64,000 bases of DNA from Owenia fusiformis. Lineage: Eukaryota. Position 1 is the first letter of the stretch; each line of letters starts with the position of its first letter. Positions 49,738 to 63,000 of this stretch are shown here, in pieces. The notes under the pieces are model-generated. The model was not told the DNA's origin. It saw only the letters and a list, made by a program, of their open reading frames with translations, and ran no database searches. Location of the stretch: the NCBI GenBank assembly GCA_903813345.2, contig CAIIXF020000001.1:25172001-25236000 (forward strand). Reading direction: 5' to 3'. The translations under genes were made by a program, and so were the position numbers.

Positions 49738-51132
49738 TTATAACCTTGTCTCTGCAGATGTATCAAGGTCATTTTGAAGTTGATTTCTGATACATTTCTC
49801 CTCCTGTTTCCGCTTTACAGTGTCAGTTGTATCAAGATTAGATAGCTTATTGGGAGTTTTGTTGTCGATAGTCATATGGAAATGATTACCATTCTTTGCA
49901 ACGTTTACTTCGACAGGTACCATGTTCTTTTTAATAACATTAGCCAAATGTGCATTATGGATGCTATTGTTAGTGCCATTCACTTTTGTGTTAGTACGTA
50001 AAGAAGTAGTAAAACTAGTAGTATCATTCCGTTGTATATCTCGGTTCTTTTGGCAACATTTGAAAAATCTCTTAAGCCCTCGCTGGACATCCGGCATGCG
50101 GGCACCGTAAATGATGGGATCACTGATGGTGTTAACGACAGGCAAGAACACAATGAAGTTCATGTAGACATCCGTGTGTACTTCCGTTACAGAATCAGGG
50201 TTAAATTTAAACATGATGTTCCAAACAAAGAAGCGGTACATCAGGTAAGGGAGCCAGGTAATAACAAGAGTGCTAAGGACTATCATTGTCGTAAGAAAAG
50301 CTTTCCTATTCTGTTCCACACTCATACCTTGGGTAAGCTCTGATTTTCTATTCTTGTATGCCTGGACTTGAAGATAGGCTCTAACATAGAGAACGATGAT
50401 GACAAACACTTCAAAGATTAGGACAATTGAGAAGATCCACTCGGTGACATCGTAGGCGATATGCGTCCAGGAACAGGACGCCCAATTGGAATCTCCCAGA
50501 GGTACCAGTATTCCTATAAGTGGGAGAACCAAACTAACCAACCAAATGATAAGTACAGTCATTCGGACCCTGGTGCGAGTCACCAATGATGGATAGTGTA
50601 AAGGTCTGCAGATGGCCATAGTTTGGCTTATAGCTAATGCAAACAACGATAGAATAGAAACACAATCAAACATTCTAAAAATAGCCGAAGTCACCATCGT
50701 TACACACGGTTCGCTCCCAGTCCATGGATATATAATCTCATCAATCAGAAACATGGCAGCTTCGCCAAGGTCGCCTATAGCTAAGTTTATGATCAACAGG
50801 TGAGTCTTCTTGCCCGGAATTTGATTCAGAACTGCGATTAATAAAGAATTGCCAAGAATGGCAGCACTGCACATTATACACACAATAATAAGAATATGCA
50901 CATCGTAATACTTTGCATGCTCGAGAGTATCATCCTCATCTACCGTAGTGACCACATTTCCGTTCAGTGTGACGTTGGTAGTAGAATTTTCAGTCGTCGC
51001 ACTTATGAATGTTGTGACAAAGTCAGTCTCAGTTATTATACGTTCACGACTAGCGTCATTACGAGTTGTAAGAATCGCACCTATATTTTCAGACACCATT
51101 GATAAGGTACCATACATTGGTGAAGAAGCCAT
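49738..51132 (-). CDS. Class A orphan GPCR, 464 aa, single coding exon; paralogue of 41474-42604
   Basis: TM1 GNS, TM2 NLAIGD, TM3 FALAISQT-ICRPLHY, TM6 TWLP, TM7 DPIIY; S/T-rich N-terminus with NxT sites; long C-tail. Confidence 0.94.
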   Translation of the reverse strand: MASSPMYGTLSMVSENIGAILTTRNDASRERIITETDFVTTFISATTENSTTNVTLNGNVVTTVDEDDTLEHAKYYDVHILIIVCIMCSAAILGNSLLIAVLNQIPGKKTHLLIINLAIGDLGEAAMFLIDEIIYPWTGSEPCVTMVTSAIFRMFDCVSILSLFALAISQTMAICRPLHYPSLVTRTRVRMTVLIIWLVSLVLPLIGILVPLGDSNWASCSWTHIAYDVTEWIFSIVLIFEVFVIIVLYVRAYLQVQAYKNRKSELTQGMSVEQNRKAFLTTMIVLSTLVITWLPYLMYRFFVWNIMFKFNPDSVTEVHTDVYMNFIVFLPVVNTISDPIIYGARMPDVQRGLKRFFKCCQKNRDIQRNDTTSFTTSLRTNTKVNGTNNSIHNAHLANVIKKNMVPVEVNVAKNGNHFHMTIDNKTPNKLSNLDTTDTVKRKQEEKCIRNQLQNDLDTSAETRL

Positions 51133-51383
51133 GCTTGTAAACTATCTGGAAATAAATGTGAGAGAACTTTGTTAAGTACCAAAAACGAGCAAGTAGTCTA
51201 AATAACATGATGATCAAACTGTCATTTATCAACAAATGATTTATGTTACTGTAGTTATATTTCCGTCGTTACGCTAATCAGTCAAGTTCCGGACAAAGCA
51301 ATCATCCTAGATTGTACGGATGTTTAATTATTTACATTAATTGGGAGATGTTTGAATCCTGATTTGTTGAGTGCTTATAGTGT

Positions 51384-52215
51384 CACAGGCTGGTATCGAA
51401 AGATTTGTCCGCTGTGACGGAGCATGCTATTTTTCATAAAAACACTAAGAATGCTTCACGATTTATTTTTTAACTCATATGTTTCGTTATATCAAAGATA
51501 ATTACTTACTCCATGCAATGGATATATCATTTGCGTGTAACCTTCACTTCTGTTTGAAGTCCAATAACGTTAGGAGTAAAATCTATTGAAAACGGCGCCA
51601 GAGTATCAAATTCTAAAATGTACCATTTTTTGTTTAATTTTTCAATGGCATGATATAGTGACACGATAATATTAAAATATGTTTTCAGCATAACTCTGAA
51701 TGTATTAATGAGATATTAATGCATTGGGTCTTTTTAATTTTTTCTATAAAAAATAATATTAATATTTTTTGTCCGCTGTGACGGAGCATTTTCACAGTTC
51801 ACATTTGCAACTGCTCCGTTACAGCGGACAAAAAAATTAAACATTATTTTTTATAAAAGAATTAAAAAGACCAAATACATCAACATCTCATTTATACCTT
51901 CATAGTTATGCTGAAACCATGTGTAAATATTATCGTGTCACTATATCGTGCCACTAGAAAGTTAAACAAGAAATGGTACATTTTGAAGTATGAAACTTCG
52001 GCGCCATTTTCAATAGTTTTCCTTCCCAGCGTAATTGGACTTCAAACAGAAGTGAAAGTTACCCGCAAATGATATATCCATTGCATGGAGTAAGTAATTT
52101 TGTATGGTATAACGAAACATATGAGTTAAAAAATAAATCGTGAAGTATTCTTAGTGTTTTTATAAAAAATAGCATGCTCCGTCACAGCGGACAAATATTT
52201 CGATACCAGCCTGTG
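51384..52215. mobile_element. Transib-like palindromic non-autonomous element (832 bp)
   Basis: CACAGGCTGGTATCGAAA termini; 5-bp TSD agtgt (51379-51383, 52216-52220); ~405-bp inverted arms. Confidence 0.8.
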
Positions 52216-53511
52216 AGTGTATAGATTTAGAACTGGGGCGTTAGATTTCTATCAAATGCACCTAGTATCTTGAAAATACGAAAGCACAGATGCAGCTCCT
52301 GCTTTGCCTGGTTAAGGAACCGATCAGAAGATGTTTTGGGTTTATTCTTTTCGATGAATATTGTTTTCTTCGACCGTTTCAGGAACATTTTAATCTCAAT
52401 TATTTTCTGAAAACGATGACCTTCCATTGCGAACTGTGACAATCATTCTTCATTCTTATAATGACCGTAATTTCTACTCTTCAAATACAATTTTATCTGT
52501 TTGCATGATAAAGCAAACCTTTTTTGCGGAGCGATTTGAAGTGGAATTTTGTCCATAATTGCATTTATGATCATTTGAATATTTGCTATCACTTCCAATA
52601 TTTGTTCTCTCGCAAGTTTCAATGGGCCATTGAATAAAAATCTTAGTTACGTCATTTTTCGTTGTATTTTAATCGCATAAAACAGAAGTTGGTACATTGG
52701 CTTCAAAAATAACAATTTGCTTTGCAATAAAGTCTTGTTGAACTTGGTTTGATATCACTTTTCTACTTAACAATGAAAGTTATGTCAACATTATCGCATC
52801 TCTCGGGAAAATGGAAACTGACAGCGTTTACAACCATTCTTCAATACATGTTTTTGTTCAAATACGACACAATTGTAGGATGAAAAATCTAATCAAAACT
52901 GTTCTTCAGTTAACAGTCTAAACACGTTAACGGTTCTTACAGTTCTTTCATAGGTTGTTATGTAGTAGGCTATGCGATGCACTTCTTCCGCTTTTTATAT
53001 TAGAGACACTCATAGAATATCATGGCATTCGATGGGAGGGGAGGATGTTTTCTTCCTTCAACTTTCACCTTGAGACCAAACCAGTGTTGTGTTTTCAAAA
53101 AGTATAACTATTTCTATTAACTTACGATAAAGCTTTTGGTACACGGTTTAACTCAGGTCTTAACATTTTTTGAGAACTGTGACACCAAAGAATCAATTCT
53201 TTTCAGGAATGGCGTCAAACATATTGATTCCCGATTGCAATATGGTTTGACGACATCAATTGATCACCTGGTATTTGTTTCAGACGCCGGCCGCCGAACA
53301 CCAACCGCAAACCGCCGAACGCTGTTTGAGAGTATAACAATACGTCACAACTTCTGGTGATATAAAAACTAGTTTTGGATTGAGAGAGTGAAAACATTTG
53401 AGATATCCTGACCATATATATTCAGTGACACAACATCACACTAACAATTTCGAAACTATTGATTCATATACACATTAATCACATGACCTCTGCAAATGGA
53501 AAGTAGAAGAT

Positions 53512-53694
53512 TAGTACAATAACGTCATTTCGAAGGGCAATATAGTGAAATATTGGACCGACGGCCGACGGCCCAAGGTCCAATATTTCACTATATTGCC
53601 CGCCCACATATTGCTCAGGTCAGCTCAGGTAAAATGAATGCCTCTAAACTAGCACTAAAACCCCTAAAACTGGCCCGGCAAGGTGGTTATACTA
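53512..53694 (+). mobile_element. Internally deleted monomer of the 23657-24479 hairpin element
   Basis: Shares tagtacaataacgtcatttcgaagggcaatatagtgaaatattggacc and the 3' end tggcccggcaaggtggt.atacta. Confidence 0.8.
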
Positions 53695-54267
53695 AGTTGC
53701 ATTCATGGAAATTAGAATGTACAGACAATGGAATATTTCATTAGACTTTTAATTATTAGACTATAAAAAGTTTGCTAAATGAGAAAAAGCATCAAGTGTA
53801 ATTTGTGAAAAACATCAGAAAACATAAAAGCGTATATGAAATAAGTAGCTAGGACGATTAATTAAGGAAGTTATTCATATTCCCAGTGCTATATGTTATT
53901 AATTCAACTACAGACTATTTTGATAGAATTGCAATTCCAATAACTCCATCCATCCATTTTCGCGAGAACCCAGGGGGTTACTTTGGTTTTTCGTAGAAGA
54001 ACGTTACTTTAATGATGAAGACGATATCATATTAGCTATAATTTATGATCTAATCTTTTTAGACATATGTTTCATAAAATGACACAAAGCATGAACGAAT
54101 TGTATTTGAGAGAACGTCAAGTTGTTAAATCAGGGCGTCATATTTGCAATTTCCCTTTCCTTCTTTTTGCGCTCAGTCTGCAAACATTTTTCTTTTCAAG
54201 GACAAAATGTTGGTTCTGACAAAACAGTATTGATTTTGGTTTGAACTGTACCAAAACAGAATGAATA

Positions 54268-54359
54268 TAGGGTGATCCAAAAAGGTAGCCCAAGCAAATG
54301 CACGTTGATAACTTAGTCATTCAGCATTTGTTAGGGTTACCTTGGCTTGGCTCACCCTG
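54268..54359. mobile_element. Very short Tc1/mariner-type MITE
   Basis: ta|tagggtgatccaa ... ttggctcaccctg|ta. Confidence 0.45.
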
Positions 54360-56816
54360 TATATTGAGGTAAGACATTTTTGTCCACATTTAGATAATAC
54401 TTTTTTCCAACAGCCTTTATTTCGGGGCTTATCCTGCAAAATTTACAAAATTGCTAAATTACTGGCTTGTTTGAGTTGAAACAATTAGGCTCGATTTTTT
54501 ACGGCGCACAGCCAAAACGCTGTTACAGACAGCTGCTCTGATTTCAGAGAAACGCAGCTCCAGGGTAAAAATAATGGCGGTTGGCAATAACTAGTACCTG
54601 TCTGACATTTTCTATCTTAATTTACTGTGTCACCGGTTTCATGACCAGTGTTATATCAATGTATGACTTAGCTAACGGCTTATGTTTGACGGAATTTTAA
54701 AAAGCTGCACAAAGCAATATTTGTCACTCAACGAGTAAATGGTAAATGTCATTTTTGTTGATTTGTATCATTAGTTGAGTCAAACTTAGAGCATCGAGAT
54801 ATATTTTGGTGCATTCTCCAAGGTACAAAATAAAATGCATGATCGAAATTGTGATTTTATTGCCAAAACGTAGTCTTGATGAGATTCTCCTATTCAAGAG
54901 ACGCTCTCGTGTAGCTTACATGTTCAAATAGAACAATGTCTTAAAATCGCCGGAGCATTTCGAGGGAAACGATTCATTGACAATAAGAAGTGAGTCTGGT
55001 CAAGCGTGGAGTAATACCTGCGGTCGTCATCGTATCATCTACAGTCGCCAATTCTAAGCTCCGCGGCACTTGAAACATTCCGGAATAAATGTATTGATCA
55101 GCGTTCTGATAGTACACCGTGATTTTGAGCTCTGGGAGCGACCCAGTAAATCGTCCTTTTTGAGTTGCATGTAACTAATTTTTAAAGTACATAATTGCAA
55201 GGCCACAGATCGAGGAATAAGAAAAACTGTTAATACGAAACTGATTAAGAACTCTCCGTCATGAATGTTAGATGTGAATATTACGGAAACTTAAGTCATC
55301 CTTACGGCTACCACACTGTGTTAAATTGTTAATACAATTTATGGAATTGACACAATTATTGCCCCAAAGCAACAAAAAGGTCTGTAATTAGGTTATTGAA
55401 ATTAGGTTCTTAATTATGTTCAATAATTTTAGAGTCATATTATGTATACGCTAATTTCCTTACTTAAACGAAATTATTTATTGATTAGAAGCTTGATAAA
55501 CGTCAGAACTGCAAAGGAATTTTGACACATGTTCGACCAAAAAATTGCCTTTGAAAATATAAAGATTATTCTGTAACCCACTAAGAAAACATGATAAATC
55601 GATGAGGAGGTATTTGAATGAGAAAGTTTATGAATTAATTTCTTCTTGAGTCAACATTTTTAGTAAGGACTCTTAACTGTAATTAATCTCGAGCGTAACG
55701 TTGCAGAATAGATTTAGATATATTGAATATTCGTTGCCTATGAACAATGTACATAGGACATGTCGATCACCATAGTGATGTTAGAAAATTAGACATTTCT
55801 ACATTTTAGTCATGATTATAAGAATAAAAAATCGAGACAGGGAGCTAGTTTGACTAAATGCATTATACATCTTGAAATGTTGGTTTGTATTAAAAGTTCT
55901 ATATATTGGTCCCAATCAGATCCATAATTTAACATACCCAACGACGATTTGGATAATAAAGCTTGTTCGAGATTTGATAAAATCTGTAATAAAATACACC
56001 ATTCTATTATTGGTTATGACAGATACTGTAAGTCCATGGGTCTGTACACATTTGTCATTGGTGATTGGATTCTTCATCTCAAGGCATTCAAAACTTTGCC
56101 TTGGTTAAGTAAGACACCGAAACGTTTGAATTATCATATTCAAATAAATCATTGATACTTTGTTGATGAAACACAGGAAGAGTAAAAACTAGGATTCGTT
56201 TTCATCACTTCACAGTTCAGAGTAACTCAAACTGGCAGCTATTTCGTTACGTCAAAATTTTCAGATTATTTATATGAAATTGTAAACCGATACGGTTAAG
56301 ATAATTTGAAATGCTTACTTTGGTGGATTTGTTTAAACACACTTATATTCGATAACGATTAAACGTTTAGATTTTGGTTAAAATAACCACTATGAAAGCT
56401 ATTTCCGTTATCTAAACATATTCCAAACTTTCTTGAAATAATTCCCGGAAAGCTATTTATGTATTTTTCTATTATCAATTTTCTTTGGTAGATTCTTCTA
56501 GCAACCTGAACTCTGGCATAAAGTAATATTTGTGCCTCAGATTTTGTTGCAATAATAATGAATATTTGATGATACTACGTATCAAATTTGGTGTTCTAAC
56601 TCCAATTAGTTTCTGAGATAGGGCTCTATTTGCATTATTTGTTGATCGCCCCTTGTACATTACATTAAGGAACATTGTAGAGTCAAAGTCATCGTCTTTA
56701 AAAGGGTATCCTTAAATGTAGTGATTTAAATAAAGCGACCTAATTTTTGGACGAATTGCGTTTAATTTCATTTTCTCGCTTTGCTGTTTTTAAATTTTAT
56801 AGAGGAGATCCTGATT

Positions 56817-56970
56817 TATAGAGGATATCCTATGTTTGAAATTATTATTTGTATCCATGAGTGGATATCGCCCATCTCCATGAGTGAGCGCAGCGAATGA
56901 GTGGAGATCGGCGATATCCAAAAGTGGATAAAAATGCTAGCTCGAAAAAAGCATAAGATATCCTATTTAT
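56817..56970. mobile_element. CTCA-core hairpin element (reverse orientation)
   Basis: aggatatcctatg...cataagatatcct around core ccatgagtgagcgcagcgaatgagtgg. Confidence 0.55.
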
Positions 56971-57599
56971 CCTATGGTTGCTGTTTTCACATTGATTTCA
57001 TCAGAGGACTGGGAACATGTAAAAATAGCGAGTCGAGTTCCATAAGGAAACATTGAATAATTTTAATAAGCTCATAAGGCTTGGAACTACATTCCGGCAG
57101 TTCAATCAGACAAGGTTGTAATTTGTCAAACCATTTTCGGCGCTCAATTCAAAACTAATGAAAGAAATAGTATCCGTTGGATACGATTGGATATCATATC
57201 AAAATGTTGTTATGGTTAAATATAAGTATCCATGGGATAAATATAAATTCCTACCAGTTCACCATGCCAAATACTATATCTAGTTTTAAATCCACACATG
57301 ACATGTAATACATGCTTCAAGCTCATCATAAGTTTGAAACATCTTCTTTGGATATTACTCACTACTCAATAAATGAGATTATAATTACGTCTCTTCTTCT
57401 GTGTATTGACCAAGCATTTATCTCAAACACTCCCTTCCTCATGAGAACTCCCATTACATACTACATACTAATGCATTGATAAAACTTTATTACAAAGGTT
57501 GTTGTAATAGACTTTCACTTGACTACTTGATATATTTGACCAAGATAGGCGCTGCATATCATCTTTTTCACAAGATTATAGGATCTTCAAACACATTTG

Positions 57600-58048
57600 T
57601 ATGTAAGTGTAAAATGCTTTGCCCAGCCACTTAAATGGTGGGCACTCAGTTTCAAATACCCTAGTGATTTAAAATATTGCAAATTAATGGTCAATTTGCT
57701 TATGAATCAAACACTTAATTGAAATAAAAAATGGGGTGACAGAAAGTGTAATATATGTGATACTGGCGAAATAGAAACATTGGATCACTTTTTACGTTTC
57801 TGCAATTCCAAAGATGCGGAAAAAGTTGCACTTCTCAATTTATTTAGAACTGGTAATGACATTTTATTTCAAACTTTCAAATCAGACAATGATGGAGCAA
57901 TGATTTTAAAAGCCAAAGCTGTTTTCCTAATGTATGCAAAGCGCAATATGCTTATGCAAATGTGATTTTATTGTTATGCAAAAAAAATTGTAAATGTACT
58001 CACAATATACACTTGTGGTAATAAAGGATACAATACAATACAATACAA
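57600..58048 (+). mobile_element. 5'-truncated LINE 3' end
   Basis: Zn-knuckle RKCNICDTGEIETLDHFLRFC (57741-57803), AATAAA at 58020, then a (tacaa)n tail; 5' boundary approximate. Confidence 0.65.
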
Positions 58049-61000
58049 AGATATGTCGCATACCTGCATAAGGATACCAGCTGTATTATCACACCCATGC
58101 TATCTGGATATAATATCCCATCGATATCTCATGTTTTCAATTTGCCAGGGTGATAGGTCGGATTAAAAAGTATTGAAAGAGACAGAGAATGTAAAATACT
58201 AGAAGCAATCCTTTCAGAAAGCATGCCAATGTTTTATTATTGACTAATAGAAGGACTATCCTGAAATGAAATAGAAAATTGTTTCAGAAAAGGTCATGAG
58301 ATGGAATGTTCAGAGCAAAACGTATACATTGTAAAACTTCTGTCAACCTCTAACATCCCTTCTACTACCTTTCATGAACAATGACTATATATTATAAAAG
58401 TGATCATTAAAATGTTTCCCCAGTAGATTTGCCATTTAATGTCACATTGCCCTTTCTTTAATAAAACATTGAAAAAGCCTTTCTAACCTGTCACAAGGCC
58501 CTTGATATGCATGACGAAAATATATCAGACTCACTTTGAAGATATCTTAAATATCATATGTAGCATAATATTACCTGCGTTTTCTGAACACGATCTCACT
58601 TTACTTATACTTAGCGTTGAACGTTTCAAACTATTAAACGTTATCGAAGTGCTTTCCGTTTCTCGTCTAAATATCCACAATCTTACAGAGCACGCCAGAG
58701 CAATGTTTAGACTAAATAAAAAGTTCTCGCATCTGAAGAGATTAGTTTTTTTGAAATTCGAAAATTATGTCAATATTGAGTGTATAGTTGTAGATTTATA
58801 TTCTTCAAACATGACACCGTTTGACAAGTTTTTACATGTTAAATATTGATTTATGTCCAGATATAATTTGTATATAAAAGTATTTCTTGTTCAATTATTC
58901 TTATTGTGATAGAGGTATTGCAAATACAGTTAGGCCATCTTAAACAATTATGAAAGCTTTCATAATACACTTACCCGCCAGTGTTATCTCGAGCCTTTCG
59001 CCAGATAAGTCTGTTGTCTCTCAATTTCAACTGGCGATCTTCAATTGTAAGTTACATATGCAATTTCCAATCATACAAAGCTCAGCTTCCAATTGGTTGA
59101 AAGTAAAATTGGCCTAAGACTGAATGCATAAGATATATCATACAGATCAATACTTATGTAACATTATTATTTCTCTACAAGTACCCATAAACTTTGTAAC
59201 ATCTATTATAGTTTACTTCTTAATCCCGTTGGAGCTATTCAGTTATCAACTAGTTAATTGGAAAGGAAACGAGCATCACTAAATTGCATACCAATTACAA
59301 AAACAGTTGTCTGTTTGTCTGTTACAATCTACAGTAATTCCTTTTAGTTTAATGTATGTTTACATCTCTACGTTTTCCAGGCTTTAAAAGATTCTGGGTT
59401 AGGATATGGTATTATCAGGCTGACCGCATTTCGGGAAATATGGCAATATTCACTTTTGTTGTTTTGACTGAATACCTCACTCCAAAAAATGATTAGAATC
59501 ACTCCAATGAATGAACAAAAATCTCATTTTTTTAATTCATTATGTGGTTCAACCTAAAACATAACAAAACACCTGACATACGTTGGTTTTTTATGTAATT
59601 TAGCCAAATATAAGATAATATAATCTTAAGTATATATCATAAGTAATATATCTTATGAAAACTGGAAATATGTCTAGTGAGTAGTGATCGAAAGAAAATA
59701 TTATCGGTCTTAAACAAGAAAAGATATTTCACTTTTTGTGATTTTTCAACATAGTTTTTAGTGGGAATCAACTCGACCTTGGAGTCGCATTTTTAAAGAA
59801 TTTTCCAAGTGTTTTTAGATGCAATTTGATATGTAGGTTTCAAATATTAAATCAGCTCTGACTAAATTTTGAATATGTAATAATGCAAATCAGGATTTTT
59901 CTAATGCATCTAGTCTATTGTGATATGTTTCAAACTTATTATGCTCTCTAAAGTTAAGCAATAAATCATTGATTTTATTAATCAAACGCTGCTTTGACTT
60001 TACGAAATCCTAGGCAATTTGTCAGAATGATGTCTCACTATTGAGATTGTATTTAGATAATGATTGCGCAATAACCCTAATAAAATAGAAGTCATTATTC
60101 TCCGTGGTTCTCGGTGGGAAAAATGATTATTATATTTCTACGACCCTTGCAATTGATTGTTCGTTTAGCGTTTCCTGGTAATTCTCTGTTTTCTTTTTTC
60201 AAAGAGGTTTCCTCCGTTCCTATGTTTTGGACCACGTTCTCTCATTTTGACGAACTTTTTACAAACAAATTTTCAATGGGTAGGAGAAAATTGCATTTAC
60301 TTTTGAGCAATCTACTCTTATTTTTTTAAATGTCGAACTTTCAAAAAAGCAAATCAATATCAGCCAGTTATTTTATTCAACAATTTGCTGCGTGTTACAA
60401 CTTGCCCGTGATATAATATGAACTTATGAAGACAATGATTATGAGTACGCTAAATAACAATTAAACATATCAAAGTAATTGTCGATACCTTTAAGTAGCT
60501 TTTACCTAACAGTAACAGACATGCATGATTGTAGACATCTGTTAAGTACAAATAAGCCGTACAAGACGCATACTAATGGTACTACGTATCTCATGTAACT
60601 ACCCTCGTTTCCATATTGAAAACCACGGGTGTTTTCTTATGATTTTATGTTTTCATTTTCAGTATCAGCATTTTGTATTTTGACAGAGGGAACCCCGCTT
60701 CACAGATACTTAAACCGCAAGGGCCTAACCAGTCTAAACATATATATGATCGCAGGGTTAACCTTTTCAGGGGTAATAAAGTCGACATAAATGAACGTGG
60801 GCAGTGGAACGTCATAAGCAATATGAAATAATGATATCCCCTTTACATTGTGAAATTAACAATTACACTCGCCAAAACCTGTGAAACACGCAATGTTTTT
60901 ATTCTGTTCCAAAATGGGAAATGCGATAAGGGAAATAAAGAATACAAAATAAGCAAGTATCCCAAAAATATGATGTCTGGAACCATCGATAAAACACTTA

Positions 61001-63000
61001 TAACAAGATTCTCTTTTCTAATAATACACTGCTAATAAACAATATAATTAAGAATATGCAAATACTCTTCATTAAGGGTAAGGGTGCTCTCGAGGGATTG
61101 TTTTAAAATCTGCTCATACAAGATTAAATAATAAACGAGTTCCTTTTCCGGAATTACTATTGTTCATAATAAGCATATTTGTTGCGAATGCTGGAGCAAA
61201 TAGATTATATAGTTGCATTTGCGTCGCGTCTCACAAAGATTGATCTCTGCGTGAGCTATACTATACCAGTTTGAAGTACACGGATGGTGTCTCTTAGTTC
61301 TGACATTGAAATAAAATATAAAAACATTCGCATTTACATCGGAATAACTGTCCTTTCTTAATATTTGGAAGGGATGAAAGGGTAATCTTGCGCATGCGAT
61401 ATTTCAACTTCTTTTAGTAGTGCGTATTATTTCGCCTCGCCTAGTATTTTTCCTCGGATAGGTATTCTGGCATATCCACCTCATGGTCATCCAGTATTTA
61501 TTTTATTATGCACCTCCCTTGGTTAATATCATATTCCTACCATTAATTTACCGTAGATAAATAAAAGATGGTGTTAAATTGTCAAGAAATACTTTATTTT
61601 AAAGAATGGGTCTACTAAAACAGAAGCCGAGTCTATTTTTTTTCGAGGATAGGTATTCTGGCATACGGGATGGTTGGAGATCTCGTTGCTTCAATACTGG
61701 ATAGAACGAGATCTTGCTGCCACGTATGGCAATAGACCCTGCAGCTCCTAACCAATCAGATTTGAGTATTTTAATGAGGTGCATAATAAAACCAAATATT
61801 ACCAAAGTTTCGATCAACTATTACTCTGGTAGGCAATGCAACTCAAGCATGGTTTTGCAGCATTTCACCAACCTTCCTTCATACATGAGAAAATGACCGA
61901 CGGTCATTGCCTCAGAATATGTATAATGGATAAAAACATTGTTATCAGGTCATCAAAAGGTCATCAAAAGATGTTATCAAAAGATTTATAAAATTGTAAA
62001 CACTTAAAAGATTAATGCAAGCAAAACACTATAATACCATTTTATCGGACTGGATTTAAAACACTTTTTTCATAACAACTTTATAATCTTGGCTAATGCT
62101 CAAAGTGAGTCTGCAACCATATATCAAAATGTGGCACTCCACTTCATTGGAATGTTTTCAATTGCTTCTACTACAAAGAAAGAGGCAATCTTGAATACAT
62201 ATGGACAATTGCAATCAACAGATGCAGTTAGCGCGCAACATGTACATGTGAAAGTGATTTACAGTATATTTATTAACACCAATGCTGTTATTCAACGTTA
62301 TCTGTTTTCCTCACGTTACAATAAAACCCGTCTTTGGAAATTGCTCTTTCCAGTGATAAATATTTCTAGTAACATACTTAATTGACTTCTGTAAAACAAA
62401 CTCGTTTGTGACTTACCTACAGTTAACCCTTTTGGTCCTATTTTTCTCCATATATAATCACACTCAGGTTTTACCTATGTACTTACAGTCTCTCCGAGAC
62501 ACTGGAAATGTGTACAGTTTACACTGATATCATCCCAATATGATAGAATTCGGGTTTTATTAAGAAATCGGTTATATGCAATGAAGATAGACTTCATTTA
62601 GTTATTAATTGAAATGAAATATTTCAAAGTTCAAGAGTACACGAGTTTGCGTACGCGTTTTCAGATGCGTCATTCTCTAAAACAAAGAGTAAATTGGATA
62701 CTCTTTTGATCTAAAAGTAGAAACTCACTCAATGCTCGTTGGATTGTAAATGCCATGGATAAAGTAAAGAAGGTGGAAAAATCACAAACTATTGTTTTCG
62801 TATAGCACCGTCTGCTCAGAATGGAGATGGACACATTAGAAAGGTTACGCACGTTTTAGCCCCACGTATCTAAAATCCGTAACGCTCACCAGATTTATGC
62901 GTAATAGTTCAATTGAAACGAGATGCGGTTACGGATACGTTCTAGCTATACCCTGTTGTGCGAATCCTCTCTACTAAAACAAAATTGCCGTACTGTTCTA

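Noticed and set aside
49922..51175. Plus-strand ORFs overlapping the GPCRs (also 41930-42518)
   Set aside because: Antisense shadows of real coding sequence; no independent features
52227..52620. Minus-strand quasi-ORF of ~130 codons with one internal stop
   Set aside because: No recognisable motif or splice signals; cannot be called gene or pseudogene without a search
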